Shown: positions 41,821-54,340 of the stretch, in pieces
How positions within the stretch are numbered: position 1 is the stretch's first letter
Layout: the number at the start of each line of letters is the position of its first letter
DNA from: Iphione sp. A-MEVVRFRX5
Lineage: Eukaryota
DNA length: 64,000 nucleotides
Direction of reading: 5' to 3'
Assembly: GCA_976226885.1 (NCBI GenBank)
Contig: OZ320316.1
Location: forward strand, 92,628,001 to 92,692,000
Translations under genes and position numbers: made by a program
The notes under the pieces: generated by a model
What the model was told of the DNA's origin: nothing
Databases searched by the model: none
The model's input: only the letters and a program-made list of their open reading frames with translations

Positions 41821-43959
41821 TAAACTAGTCAGCAGCTGGTGCCCAGAATGATTACTAGGGCTATAACACTGCATCAGCGCATGACCTGCGAAGTAGGATG
41901 CGGTAGGCCGTCGGTGACAGGACGTGGTAACGCTTGGGTATGAGTTTCCGAAAGGTACCGGTAGGAGGCGAAACCGTAATGTCCAGATATATCACAGACT
42001 TTTTCCGAAGCAAGGACTTGGGGAGGGGGCGAAGCGGCAGGGTGGTAATATATCCTATATATATGAAGATTCTGTCCTCCTTTCTAGACTATCATTTAGT
42101 TCTGATCGAAGGCTCCTGTCGCCGGGTTAACGCAACACTCATCCTTTACGACCAGTTCACAGGTATCCAACCAGTAAGATCCCACTTGGTGTGCTTCAGT
42201 TTCATATATACTATTCCCCTGCGAATCAATGTTTTAATCCACAGTACACCCGTATTCGCCCTGATCCTTTAGCTCCTTGATTGCGTTATAACTGCACTAT
42301 TAAGGGCTACGGAAGCCCTGCTTAAATAGTCCTGTGCTGTCCTATAACCCTGAGCAATGTCCTTTTAGTGAGTAACTTGCTGCTTAGTCAAGCATGTAAC
42401 AGTAAGCAATAATTGTTCCGCCCTGGAGTTATCCTCGCTAATCTCTGGAGCTACCTAACCTGAAGGCGCTTGACCTTAGGCATATGATCCTTCACGCTGG
42501 AGATTCTAACACGTAAACCTTTCCACGAAGGTCTAGCGGCGCAGATAAAAGGGAACAAATGACAAGTCTCCGGTCATTCGTGGCCTTCGTGTAGTTACCA
42601 TAAGCTTGGCTTCACAGAGTGGATCTCGATCGTGACTTGTGGTAGTGAATTACGTAGGTGGCTTCCAGCGGTGGCTTCTTTAAGCGGCTTCTAAATGCGG
42701 ACGTCTGCATGCTTGCAGGTAGTCACACCCTACCTGGCTAGGGTGTGGTGGTCACTGTTACAATCATTGTAAGTCTGTGGCAGTAGTGTGGAAGTGGCGG
42801 TGGTTGTGGCGGACCAGGATGGTACCTCCAGGCGAGGGAGTCTCCCAGCTCTGGTACCGGCAAGGTCCTGGTCAGGCTCTTTTGATGGCAGTCGTGTAGG
42901 TGGGTGGAGAAGCGGGAGAAGAGGTGGGTGTCAGTAGGGGAGGGGCGCAGTGGGCGAAGACTACTGAGGGTGGGTGGGGCGGCTGTGGAGGAGTACTGGG
43001 CTCTGGTAGAACGTTGAGTACGTAGTGGATATGCGTGTACATATAGTGCTAGGGGATGATGATCGTGATAGGACAGTTGCGATAGTAGGAGCTATGATGG
43101 ACGCTTTTCACCGTAACATCTATCGTCGTTTCAGAATTTTAAGTGGAGGATGAAGATAGCTTTCGGAATTGCATCAAGTTTAACGTTTAGCATTACTAGT
43201 ACGTTCTGTTTCTGCTCAATAGAAGTGCTCACAAATATTTAATTGTTGATATTAATGGCACTATCTGTGTACATTTGGTATTTTTCTATTCTTATATAAC
43301 ATAACTTTGACGTGGTAGACAATGCACAGTTAACACTCCATTTCCTACCCTTGATAAAGATTCTCGCAGCACCGCCCTGGGCGGTTTGAGCAGTTTCTGG
43401 AGGAGACCCTGGAGAAATGAGCGTCTCATCAGCGTCGCCTCCAGTGCGCCGCCTTGTCTCTTATCAAGAAGGAAGGAGGGGAGGTCACAGGAGAAGAAAC
43501 AGCAGGTTCAGATCCTGTGAGGCTCTTGGCCCAATACCCTCCATTTTCTTGCTTTGTTTCTAATGTGTTTTTATCAGAGTTCTTCCACCAGGCCGCAGAG
43601 ATGCGGACCACCCCTGAGGGTGGGGATTAGGAAGACGGGGAGTCCAGCGTACCTCCAGCGTCTCTCTCCTCCTCGGTATTGGGGGTGTTTGGCTGGGGGG
43701 AGGGTGTCTGGTGTGGGCCAGACTTCCTGGAGATCTTGGTTTCCTGCAGAGGTGAGGGAGGGGGAGAAAGTGGTTGGTTGAAAGCGTTAGTTGTTGGCAG
43801 GATAGAGGTGCTCGGAGGGACGTTTAGGGTGATTCGGGAATGGAAAAGTTTCGAGTGGACTGCTCAGCTGGTAAGAACTGGTACGAGAGGGTAAATAACG
43901 GGAGGCTCTTCTGTCTGTCTGAATATCTGTTTAATATCACTCAGTATTCTGGTTTCTCA

Positions 43960-44400
43960 AAAATAACCCAGACTGCTTGTCTCTGTCTGTCGTTTCCCCT
44001 TCCGTCTCGCCCCCTTCTCCTTCATGAACATAAACTTACTTGAAATGTGTCAGAAGCCACCTTTGGGTAGGAATGGTTGATTTCTTGAGTAACTTATTTG
44101 AAGTCGGTGTACTTTGGTTTTTGTATCTCGTCTCCTTTCCACAAATGTATTTTTTCCTGATATCTTTCCCGTCTCAGCTCCCTCTTATACCTTTTTGCTT
44201 TTCGTCCTTGTCCTTATGCGCTATTTCTGTATCCCCTTTCCTAATTCTATATTTTCCAGTAACCTCATCTCTCCCAATCAACACTGACTCTCTTGCACAT
44301 CTCGCTTCATGTAAACATTGTATTTCTCTTACGGATAGCCTATACCTTTCATAATGCAGTATTCTCGAATCTCCTTTATTTGTTTTCATAACCTTCAGGA
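43960..44400. repeat. Degenerate pyrimidine-rich low-complexity tract
   Basis: C/T-dominated plus strand. Confidence 0.55.
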
Positions 44401-47360
44401 CTACACGCCTGGAAACAACCGATGCTGTGTACTATAGGCCGAGGTTTCCAAATCGTTGTCTAGAGAATCAGTTAGGTTCACCTGTATGGTGTAGGGATAT
44501 CCTTTCCATGACCGGTGCTACTATAGGGTCGAATGTGTACATGGATTTCGGCAGACCTGAAACCTGAGTTGCTCGCAGAGATAATCAAATTTAACTCCTC
44601 TCCGGTAGGATCCGGCCGGATGGTTAGGAAAGTTGGGTCAGCTGGTACAGAATAAGAAAATCCATAGAAAAAAGGAAAAGTGGAGGTAGGGAAAAAGGGT
44701 AAAATATGATCGGAAAGAGAACGATGCGCCTCGATGCCATGCCTGCTGCTATAACGCGTGTCATTTAACAGATATTAAATTTCATTCTCCCGTATATTTT
44801 TGTATAACAGAATCTGTTGGATTTCTTGATCTACTAAATTATGTGTGCATGGTGATGGCTTTTAAATCCCATTCTCAGGCATCTGATATTTTCTCCACTC
44901 ATGTACAGTGATTTATTACACTGCCAAATCCCTATCTACATGCCCCTCTATCGACTGACATTTTCCTAAGGTAACTTTCCAGTTATTAAAGGAAGAAGAT
45001 GGCAAATCCCTGATAACTAAAAGTGTTACATTAAGAGTTATAATATCTCCAACAAAAACGCCTAGAGGGAGGCCTGGAAGGGGAATTTGTATATATATTG
45101 CCTCTGTGTTACGGAAACACGGTGCTAAAGCCATCACCTCACCCTGCGTTATATCAGGTTCAGTACGCCGGCCACAAGTTAAATATAACTCCCAATGTCA
45201 CATAATCGAAACTGACGCGTACTGAACAAAGTCGAGGAAAAAAATCCATAAAACTGGCCCATTTGAAGATCCTCCCCACGACCCTTAGCTCTTGATGCAC
45301 AAACACACAAAAACACATCTCAGTTTCCCCGAAGCTGCGCCACCATAAAGCTGCCTAAACCTGGTCTAGTATCGTACCTGTATTTAGATTTGAAGAGTAA
45401 ACTAAAAAGATAAGAAACCACGAAGTACGAACAGAAGACAGATACTACGCCATTAATGAGATGGGAAAAGGGCAAAAGGGGGCCCCTTAGGTAAGGTAAA
45501 CATTGATATAAGCCTCAACACGAGAGCGAATTTGATTAAAAATAAATAACCACAAAAAGTCGCGGGCATGTCTGGGAACCAAATGTGATTCGGAGATGAG
45601 GAGACCCGCTCCTGATGTGAAGATGAAAGTAACGAGAGGGTGCAACTCATGTTTCAAAGTTTCGAGGGACTACATTTTTCTCGCGACAGAAAGCCAGCAT
45701 CTCGACGCATCAGCAAGCGCGCTGTGTCGTTCTTGTTGGTGAAGTCAATGGGAATGACCTGATGGGCGTGGTTGTTTCGTACTTCAAGGAATAATCTTCA
45801 ATTCCGAACTTAGTCTTGCTGAACATCTTGCTACTTCTGCCTTGTTGTCTGTCCATCTCATTGATCCCGTTCTTCAAATTTAGCCCTTGAGAGGATTTTT
45901 TTCCCCGTTTTGTCGTTGTATCTAAATGGACTTTAAAGTCTCTATAATACATTCACCATGGTCTTTCCGTCTGTAAAAACTGCCATTTTTAGAAGGCCAA
46001 GCAAAAGATCGCTGAGATACTTTTCACCTGTCTGACGTGTCAGTTGAAACTGCATCGACTGCCATGACAAAGATGCATGCAAATGAAAGCACATCTTTTT
46101 TTAGATAAGGGAAAAGAAAAGAGATATATATTTGCATTGCCAAACATTATGAAAGCCTGTGTTATCGAGAAGAGAGGCGTGTTAAGAATACCCACGTCAG
46201 GTAAATGAAAAGGAAACCAGCCTCGTTAGAGAGGAGAAGGAACAAGTTCCAGTGGAATAAATTCTGGTCTATGAGCGCAAACCGTGGTCTTTACGGCTGG
46301 GGTGGCACTCCCTGCGGTCCTGTAAAAGTGTGTAACTGTGTTGTTTACAAGGACCATAAGGCGGAGGCCGTGGATAAGGTGGAGATTTGTAAAGTCTCTC
46401 CAGGTGTGCATCTTCATTTATTCGATGTTTTTTATACGTATGTTCCTTACGCGTATATTCCTCCCGTGCACCAAGGTATTCCTGCTACAGTTTTGTACTT
46501 TGCTTCTTCCTCTGCCTTTGTCTCTGTCTTTCCCTGCATTTGTCTCTCTATACATCATCAACGAGATCACTCTCTTAATCTGAACAACTCCCAAAGGTAT
46601 ATTTATATGTATAAATACAGTAAAGCCTCTCTCTGGGGAGCACCCTTGGTTCCCAATGAAAGTATTCCCATTTAGGGGGTATCCACAATTCTGAGAGATA
46701 AATTATAAGTAGTAGGCTTGTTCGAATAGGTTTTGTCCGAGTAAATAAGATGGTTCTAGGGTGGCGAGGGTCTACTCTATCGTGCTCATAAGACATTCAA
46801 TCTCAAAGGTTTTGAGTTCTGCAACGGTGTAACGATGTTTTGGCTTTGGTTCCTGTCGATGCTCAGACCCTCGCCTCAGTCGGAAGTTGTTCCTGTTTCA
46901 AGATATATGTATATATCCTTTTGCATAAATTTGCTACTTCATATTCATATGTTCTGGGCTGTATCACCTGAGAATCCGATTAGTTCTGTTTCCTTGGCAT
47001 GATGGTGACACGCTGATCCTCTTAGCGGATTAGTCCGTAGGTAATATTGTACTGGAGTGTATCACTAACTTCACTACACTGTCCTGTTCATATTGCCACG
47101 ACTGCCAATTACCCGGCCTATTCCTCTCTAGCCTATGTACCTTTTGTGTTTTGTGTCTATCCATGGTTGTATTAGTTCATATACATGTATATTGATGTTG
47201 ACACCTTCTGCCATTGCCTCTCTCTAAACTCTCTCTCGTCTGCTGTTCCTCTAACACACCTGCCTAATATCATCTTCCTCTTTCCTTCTTCTCTTAAATT
47301 CAACAGATGATTCCCTTTGTCCTTCTCGTCTCTATATCCTTTTATAAATGTTTGTGCATA

Positions 47361-47538
47361 CAGATGAAACTCTATTTAAGACCACCACTTTGGACTAAGT
47401 TGAAATGGTCTGACTGGTGAATTTGGTCTTAAATTGATAACTGATAAGTATAGAGATAAAGACTTTGGTTCCTTGCTTAAGTAGTCTTAAATTGAGTTTG
47501 GTCTTAAATCAATATGGTTTTAAATAGAGTTTCTACTG
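47361..47538. mobile_element. MITE, Tc1/mariner(pogo)-type, 178 bp
   Basis: 24-bp TIRs CAGATGAAACTCTATTTAAGACCA and the reverse complement of the right end CAGTAGAAACTCTATTTAAAACCA (21/24 identical). TA on both sides (47359-60, 47539-40); internal GGTCTTAAAT sub-repeats; non-coding. Confidence 0.85.
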
Positions 47539-47539
47539 T

Positions 47540-47980
47540 ATCTAGTTCCCGCCCCTCCTCTTCTTTCTCATCGTTTTCGTACATGACCTTATTAGTTTAT
47601 TATCATGAGCCTTCCCCTATCAATTACCTGATTTCTTTCCTTCTCCCTGAGCATCTATCTACCTGCGTATCTATCTCCTCCCGCTCCAAGTGCCTATAGT
47701 TATCTCTCTCAGTTGACTGATTCTCTCGGCTTCTCTCCAATCATCTAACTTCTTAGGTCTTTATATCCCTCTATAGGATTTCCCTTTTTGCATGCACGTT
47801 TTTTCCCTCTCGCAGCCCCCCATCTCTCTTTTTCTCTATCTTTCTCTTCCTCCCTCTTCTTCCTTGTCATCCCCTTCGTATAGCCATCTCCTGCTCCACC
47901 TTCCTGTACCTTCTCTGCATTCTCTTATCTCTCTCTACGACAGGCCCGGAGCTCAAGTCCTTCATTCCCTCCAGCTGTTT
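47540..47980. repeat. Degenerate pyrimidine-rich low-complexity tract
   Basis: C/T-dominated plus strand. Confidence 0.65.
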
Positions 47981-48539
47981 GTTGCAAGATGATCCACCCA
48001 GCTTGCTGTAGCTGCACCCAAGGATCCTCCCTACCCGGGGCCACTTAAAAAGACATCCACGCAATAATCAGAACCAAGCCTGACCCAGCGTCTGAAAATA
48101 CACACCATCATAAGTTCCTGCTGCAGGTAGGACGTGGGCCGGATGGAGGTAGCTAGGCTGGGCGTGAGGTGCAAGGGAGGTGGTGGTGGTGCTGGGGGGG
48201 GGGGCGTGTGGTGGTAGTGGTGGCAGGTTACTAGGAGAACCATACAGCCTCTGGTGCTGCTGGTGGTGTTGGGAGACATGAATTTCTGTCTCCCCTCTTG
48301 TATCAGTTTATCCCGGTAGATGTCGCCATGACATCTATTAGGCGCAGGCCCAAAAGCATGAGCAGGTAACGGTGGTGATAGATGAGGACGAGGTGGCGCT
48401 GAGGGCAGTTTGGGCCCAGTTGAAAAAGAGAGTTGCTGAAGAGGAAACGTATTTTTTTCACCTTTGAAATCTATACACTGGCTTGAAAACAATTTTAATA
48501 AGCAAGTAGTCGGCAGGTAGTTTTAGCTAAGTAGCAGAT

Positions 48540-49020
48540 GTGGAATATGTGGAGAGATGAGATGTCTGGGCGGATGCGGAAGAAAAGGTTCAAGACAGGA
48601 AAGAACGAGGGAGATGGAGATAGGAGAAAGGAATGAACAGGGACAAAGAATAACATATAAACATGAATACAGATGAGTGAAAGCCAGAAAGACAGCAACA
48701 AAGAGTGGGGCAGAAAAACAGAGAAAGAGAGCGAGAGGGACAGAGAGCTAGAGAAAGAGAACACATGCCAGAGAGAGATAGGGAGAGGTGGAATTAAGAG
48801 ATAGAAAAGGAAAGGAAGAGAGAAAGGGAAGAAAGAGTAGAAAGGACGATGGGAAGAAACTTAGGAAAGAGCCAATGTCATGGACTATCAAGAACGATGG
48901 GTAGGAAAAGAGACTGAGGCAGACAGAATGTGTGGGAGGACAGCTAGTGAAGAGTGAGACATGAAAGAACAGGGAGCGAAAGGTAAAGTAGGTGCGAGAA
49001 GAGACACAGATACATACATC
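48540..49020. repeat. Degenerate purine-rich low-complexity tract
   Basis: A/G-dominated plus strand. Confidence 0.65.
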
Positions 49021-50789
49021 CAAACTCAGTTGTTGATGGGACTCCAAAACCTTCTTTTCCTGTCAATTATCAGATAGGTAGACAAAATAAACAACCTGAC
49101 CTCGAAATTTTTTATTTGCATCCAAAGCAAATCGCCCTACTGTTAGTGGATACAAGATGTCAGGAAGGAGGAGACATGAGCTTCTAAGTAAGAGGCGGAG
49201 AAGCAAAGCAGTGTAAAGGTTGAAAAATGGCAAACTTGCGTTTACATGCAGACAGTATGTCTGTCATAGATATATCAGGTAGAACATATTACCGGGTATT
49301 AGGCTGTGGCCCGTCTGGTTCAAAGAGCTTAAATTGAAGTTAATATGTTAGTTACGGGAGGGGCTGTCGCTGAATAAGGCGATCAGTGGTAAAGTATATG
49401 AATGTAGCAGACAACATCAGAACAAGAGATCAAACTCAAATTGCCTATATTAAACGCCGAAGTAGTCAGGAAAGTTTCCGTCTAAGCCTCATGGCAAAAG
49501 TCCACCCCAATATAGAAATAAATATCTCTGTTAGTTATAATCGAAACGAAATTTGTTAACGTTGGCCGTATTACAGTAAGCTATCTGTACTGTGAGATGT
49601 CCTCCCTGTTGGGTGTGGGGGAGAAAAGCATTATTATTATTATAATCTTTATTTAATCTGGTATTTCTATACAGATATCCGTATTCGCAACCAGGTACAA
49701 GCAAACATAATTATAGCTCCGGCAGGAATAGAAGCTGCCTGATCTCAAATGTATATCAGTAAAGGAATAACAGGGATAACCCGAGGAAAGCAGGAGAAGT
49801 TCATGACAAAAACTGGAGTTTTACTTTGGAACAATCATTAAAAGCCAGTAAGCAGGCCACCTATTTACTAAATGTTTTTTTGTTATAGTTATCAATATAT
49901 ACCTTCAGCATACATTGTGCTTTTGTGGTGTTGAAACTCAATTGTAATTTTTCCATTTGAGGAAAATTCGGGATCAAAACGAATTATTTATATACGGTTG
50001 CAAGTCATCTTGTGAGCAACTCACTTTGAGGGCTACTCAGAGTTGAGGCGAATTTGGCTGGACCCAGTGATTTATTTACCATAACCACCTCAGGTAGCTA
50101 GGTACGTAGCTCCTCTAGCCCCCTTGCTTGTCTAAACTCTGAAGTGCAGCTGTCCGGATTATTCGAGTGTAGATAAGCAAAACAAAATCAAAAAGAGGAA
50201 AGACAGGTTCGTAACCAGATTCAAAGTTCCCCTTTCGGTCAGTGAGCCTGACATATACCTGACTATGACACCTGAATCATGCTTCCAAGTACTTGCGTAG
50301 ACTGATTTCGTTACTGTGAAAAGATATGATTGTGACCTTTGATACTTGTCTAGTGAAAAACAATCCTTGCCCCACACGCCTTACAGCAGTACAGGAAAGC
50401 TGTGACCGATACCACTTTATTTAAAATGGCTTCCACTTACGACGTGTGTTCAGGGAATAATCTCACTAATGGGATCCAAATAGATAAATTGCATGTAAAT
50501 GGTTTGAATTCCCGTTAGGTTGCCGGAATTGATTGGAAAATTCCAGTTTAAATCGTTCCGTAGATAAGTATCTCCCCTGAGCTACCTACATCCTTACCAA
50601 ACGGTGCACTGGTGTGAGGGTCTGAGTTTATGGGTCGATCAGGTGACACCCTCATGTTTTACACTGTTTTATTCGCCCTGAAAATAGCAGCTGAAAGGGT
50701 GGTTTTATGGGATCCCTCTGGGAGTTATTATCCATTACCAGGACCCTAGCTGAACCTCCCGGCCAACTGCCAGACGCCTGTTCTGCCGG

Positions 50790-50850
50790 CCCCACTCCCA
50801 CCAACCCCATCCCCGCCCCCCCCCCCCCAAAAAAAAAAAAAAAAAAAAAA
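50790..50850. repeat. C-run cluster (C4, C3, C4, C4, C13) directly followed by A22
   Basis: Read directly; fits a G-quadruplex pattern on the minus strand. Confidence 0.85.
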
Positions 50851-52816
50851 TTCTTCTCATCCATCGACTTCTCACCGACCCAGTCTGTCAACTCGCACTT
50901 CCATCATCGAGGTCCTACCTTCAGGGTTCTCTCGACGTGGCAGCTGTAGTACCTGCTTTGACAGCCGGGTTGTAATTAGGCACAGCCTTGCAATCATATT
51001 ATGCATCTATGTACACATACAACAGTATTTGCCAGCAAACATCGAACTAGGTGCAAGTGGACGCGTACACCCTGTCTGTGCTGCAGTGCAGACGCTACCA
51101 TATTGTTATCGAATTATGAGTCAGAACCGTCAGCAATTGTTATTAAAACGATGCTGACATAAAAGAATGTGCTTATTGGTAAAATCTTGCCAACCATTGC
51201 TGTTATTATGCAAGGATATTCAATTGCAGACCTTATGATTTCTGTCATTGACTGGAGTTGATGAAAATTCATAGATAATGCAGGAAAGTGAATATGATAT
51301 GTAAGTTGGATTTGTACGTAGATGCACATTTGGAACTGTTCTCTGGAGAAGGCCGTCATAATACAAAGAGAACGGTACATCTAAAAACACACATCATATT
51401 GTCCGTGAACAGCCTTAGAAAAGGCATATAAATAGATATCTACATGCACACATTGAAATGTAGATGCACATGTGCGCAGGCAGATCCCAAAGCCTATCTA
51501 CGACTGCTTGGAATGGAGGAGTGAGACACGTACAACGTAAACCGGTCGAAACCGGTCAAAGAGGTCCTCGAAACCCTCCAGAGGTAAATAGAGGGCTCTA
51601 GCTGCCCCTTTGATGTCCAGACATCTGTCATGTCTGTGTACTTAGTATAAGAACCATCCGCAGGCCCAGCTTTACTGGCAGCTCATGTAACTTGAGCTAA
51701 AACATTTTAAGGCCGAACTCTCATAATCTTGACGAGAGTGCAGATGGGCAGCTATTTTTATCAGGCGCAAGGAAGAAGTCTAGTTCTTTGAATTTTATTT
51801 CACTCAGTGGAAACGTATAGGGACTTAAATTTCCCTCTTGAAATGATTGGCAATTATTTGTGTGACCTCTGTGCAGTTAGTGATTCGTTATAATGTCGAG
51901 GAGGGGAGGGGGCATCATTTGGTATAGACTGTCTGGTTTCCTCTGCGGTTTGTGGTTCTGTCAATACGCTGACTTGACAGTGAAGAATGATGATACATCT
52001 GAAAGTAACTGAGCATGATAGATTCTACTGCCATTGTGACATAAGGACACACTTGTAACTGGCTAATAATTTTGTTTCGGCCATTCTCGAGAGGGTGTTG
52101 ATAGATTGAGTTGTTTAGTTCAAATAAGCCGTGATCCAATCACTTGGTTTCCCTATCTAATTCCGGTTTTTTCTATCCAGGCGTCAAATAGCTTGACAGG
52201 GCAAGACTTCAAAGCAGAGAGTAACAACTGCAGGCACTGAAGCAAACAAAGATCATGAGTTATTTCATGTTTTATACTTTGTAAAAGTGTATCAATTTGA
52301 TAGATTTCTAGTTGCTCCTGGGATTATTCTATCCTAACGTAACAGTGGCATACTCTATACAAAACTATTAAACAATGCACATGCGTTCGTAGCTAGACGT
52401 CGGACATATTGGTATTCGTAACTAGACGCTGGGCGGGTATCTAGTTCTGAAAGCTGCGTCGGCTCGTTCTCACCCAGTTATCGCTCACTCTACGGACAGG
52501 TGCCACCTTCAGGCGGGAGGACCCACGTGATCTATGGCTAGCATGGTTTAGTCACGTGACGCAATGGTGTTCATCAGGTTGGAGAAAGGACAGGCACGTC
52601 AACGCTCTAGCCCCGCTCCTACATGGCAGTGTGAGACGCATGCTATAATGAGCGATTCGGACTCCTTAAGTATGCTTTCGGCTTGCGATGGCAGCGTGAT
52701 AACAGCTGGCTATTCAACGGAGGGACATAGCTCCTAGTATTTATTGAGAATAGATAATTATAACAGGGACATGCTTGACTCCGGAATAGTGCTGACTGGA
52801 AAACCAGAGTGTGCTG

Positions 52817-52843
52817 GTGTGTGTGTGTGTGCGTGTGTGTGTG
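52817..52843. repeat. Interrupted (GT)n microsatellite
   Basis: gtgtgtgtgtgtgtgcgtgtgtgtgtg. Confidence 0.9.
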
Positions 52844-54221
52844 GTGTCTGAGTGTGTATTTGTGTGTGTCGGGGGGGGTGCAAACTGTTGATGCTTCATT
52901 TACATCGATCTCTCTCCACAATCTTCCATGGAAACCGCAAAATAATTTGGAAGTACACATTGGGAAGTATATGTGGCCTTACTTTAAATATTGCAACTCA
53001 TTGTCATTCTTATCGTCAGGCTAATCTATTTCCCACTATTAAAAATGTAATCCTTCAGAGAATTAAGTAAACCGCCTACATAGATACTACCTGCACAATA
53101 AGAAGACGAATTTTCCGGAGAAGCCTTATTTTCCCTAAGACGGACATCCATGTATACAGTTAGAATCCATTTCATCACTGTACATGTAAATAGGTGGTCT
53201 CAAAGATACAAATACAAATACGCTCACAAATAGAAAGGTACTTTGCTAATCACTAAGGACAACTTTCGACAATAGAAGATGATTATTTCTTCAACTAGAT
53301 GTGATGGCAAGGCAACAACATTGAGCTTATTACAGAAGTTGTGTAATGACTATTTGATGAAACAGTCATTCCTATATTATAAACTCTTGGTCTCGTGGTC
53401 ACAGGCATGCGGAGATGGAGGAGTGATGGAAGAGAGCAAATCTATAAATGATAGGGTGTTAGATTGCCATGGAATAAAGACGAGAACATACAAGTAAGAA
53501 CAATATTACAAACGAATATAACGCCGGTAAGTAGAAGATATATCTTGCAAATAAGAAGCCATGGCTGTGATTAAATGGAAATTTATGTGCACTGATAGAT
53601 TTATCATCTGTAGACTAGTACTTTCTTTTTGTAACCTAAGAGTCATTAATGTGCATAATGGAGGCTGTTGCAATTGTTTATATGAAGAAGGAGCAGTGAT
53701 TCCTTTAATAAAAATAGGACATGAAAAGAAAGCTTTAAAGTCTTATTTCCCTGTGCCATGCCCCCACAAAGAGTTCAGAAAGAATAAGGAGTCATGTAAG
53801 AACTTCAAGTAATAAAATCTTAATCCCCGAGCACAAACTTAGATTAGATTGTTTAAAAAATATTCTTCTGATCCCAAGCAGCTATAGACAGCTTCAACTA
53901 TCCAGAGTGATCTAATTCTCTGAATTTTATTGGTATAATGATAAATATACATGGAATAAATTTTAATTAAAAAACAACGGAAAACGGAAATTAAAACCGA
54001 GAATTTCCTTTTGCAGGTGTCTGGAAGACGAGAATATATATGTATTCTGTGGTTTAATAAGTCTAACATAGTAACCCTGTATTTTCTCGAGGCCATGACT
54101 GAGTGTCACACCACGCCTTCCATTTATGCACGGTTCTCATGTAGACTGATATTGGTACCTAGGGGACATATAACGCCATACTGCTGACATCGGGAACCAG
54201 CAAACAACCTGGTGGCAAGCA

Positions 54222-54340
54222 CCAATGGGAGGCTGCTATTCGGGTCACGTGTCATAAGGCCCATTTGCTGCGCATGTCAGTCGGGGGCCACTTCGCGTCG
54301 CAGCTCTGGTAGTCGCTTTTCACACATCGCCATCTGCTGG
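54222..54340. promoter_or_regulatory. Promoter/enhancer-like motif cluster
   Basis: CCAAT (54222-26), GTCACGTG E-box (54244-51), NRF1-like TGCGCATG (54269-76), CTCF-like CCAGCAGATGGCG on minus (54340-54328); CpG-containing. Confidence 0.42.

Noticed and set aside
46205-46675. 156-aa plus-strand ORF
   Set aside because: No recognisable family; the 3' half lies in CT-rich low complexity.
48362-48480. DEDEVALRA resembling RyR exon 1 (EDEVQFLRT)
   Set aside because: Wrong strand, upstream in-frame stop, no donor site.
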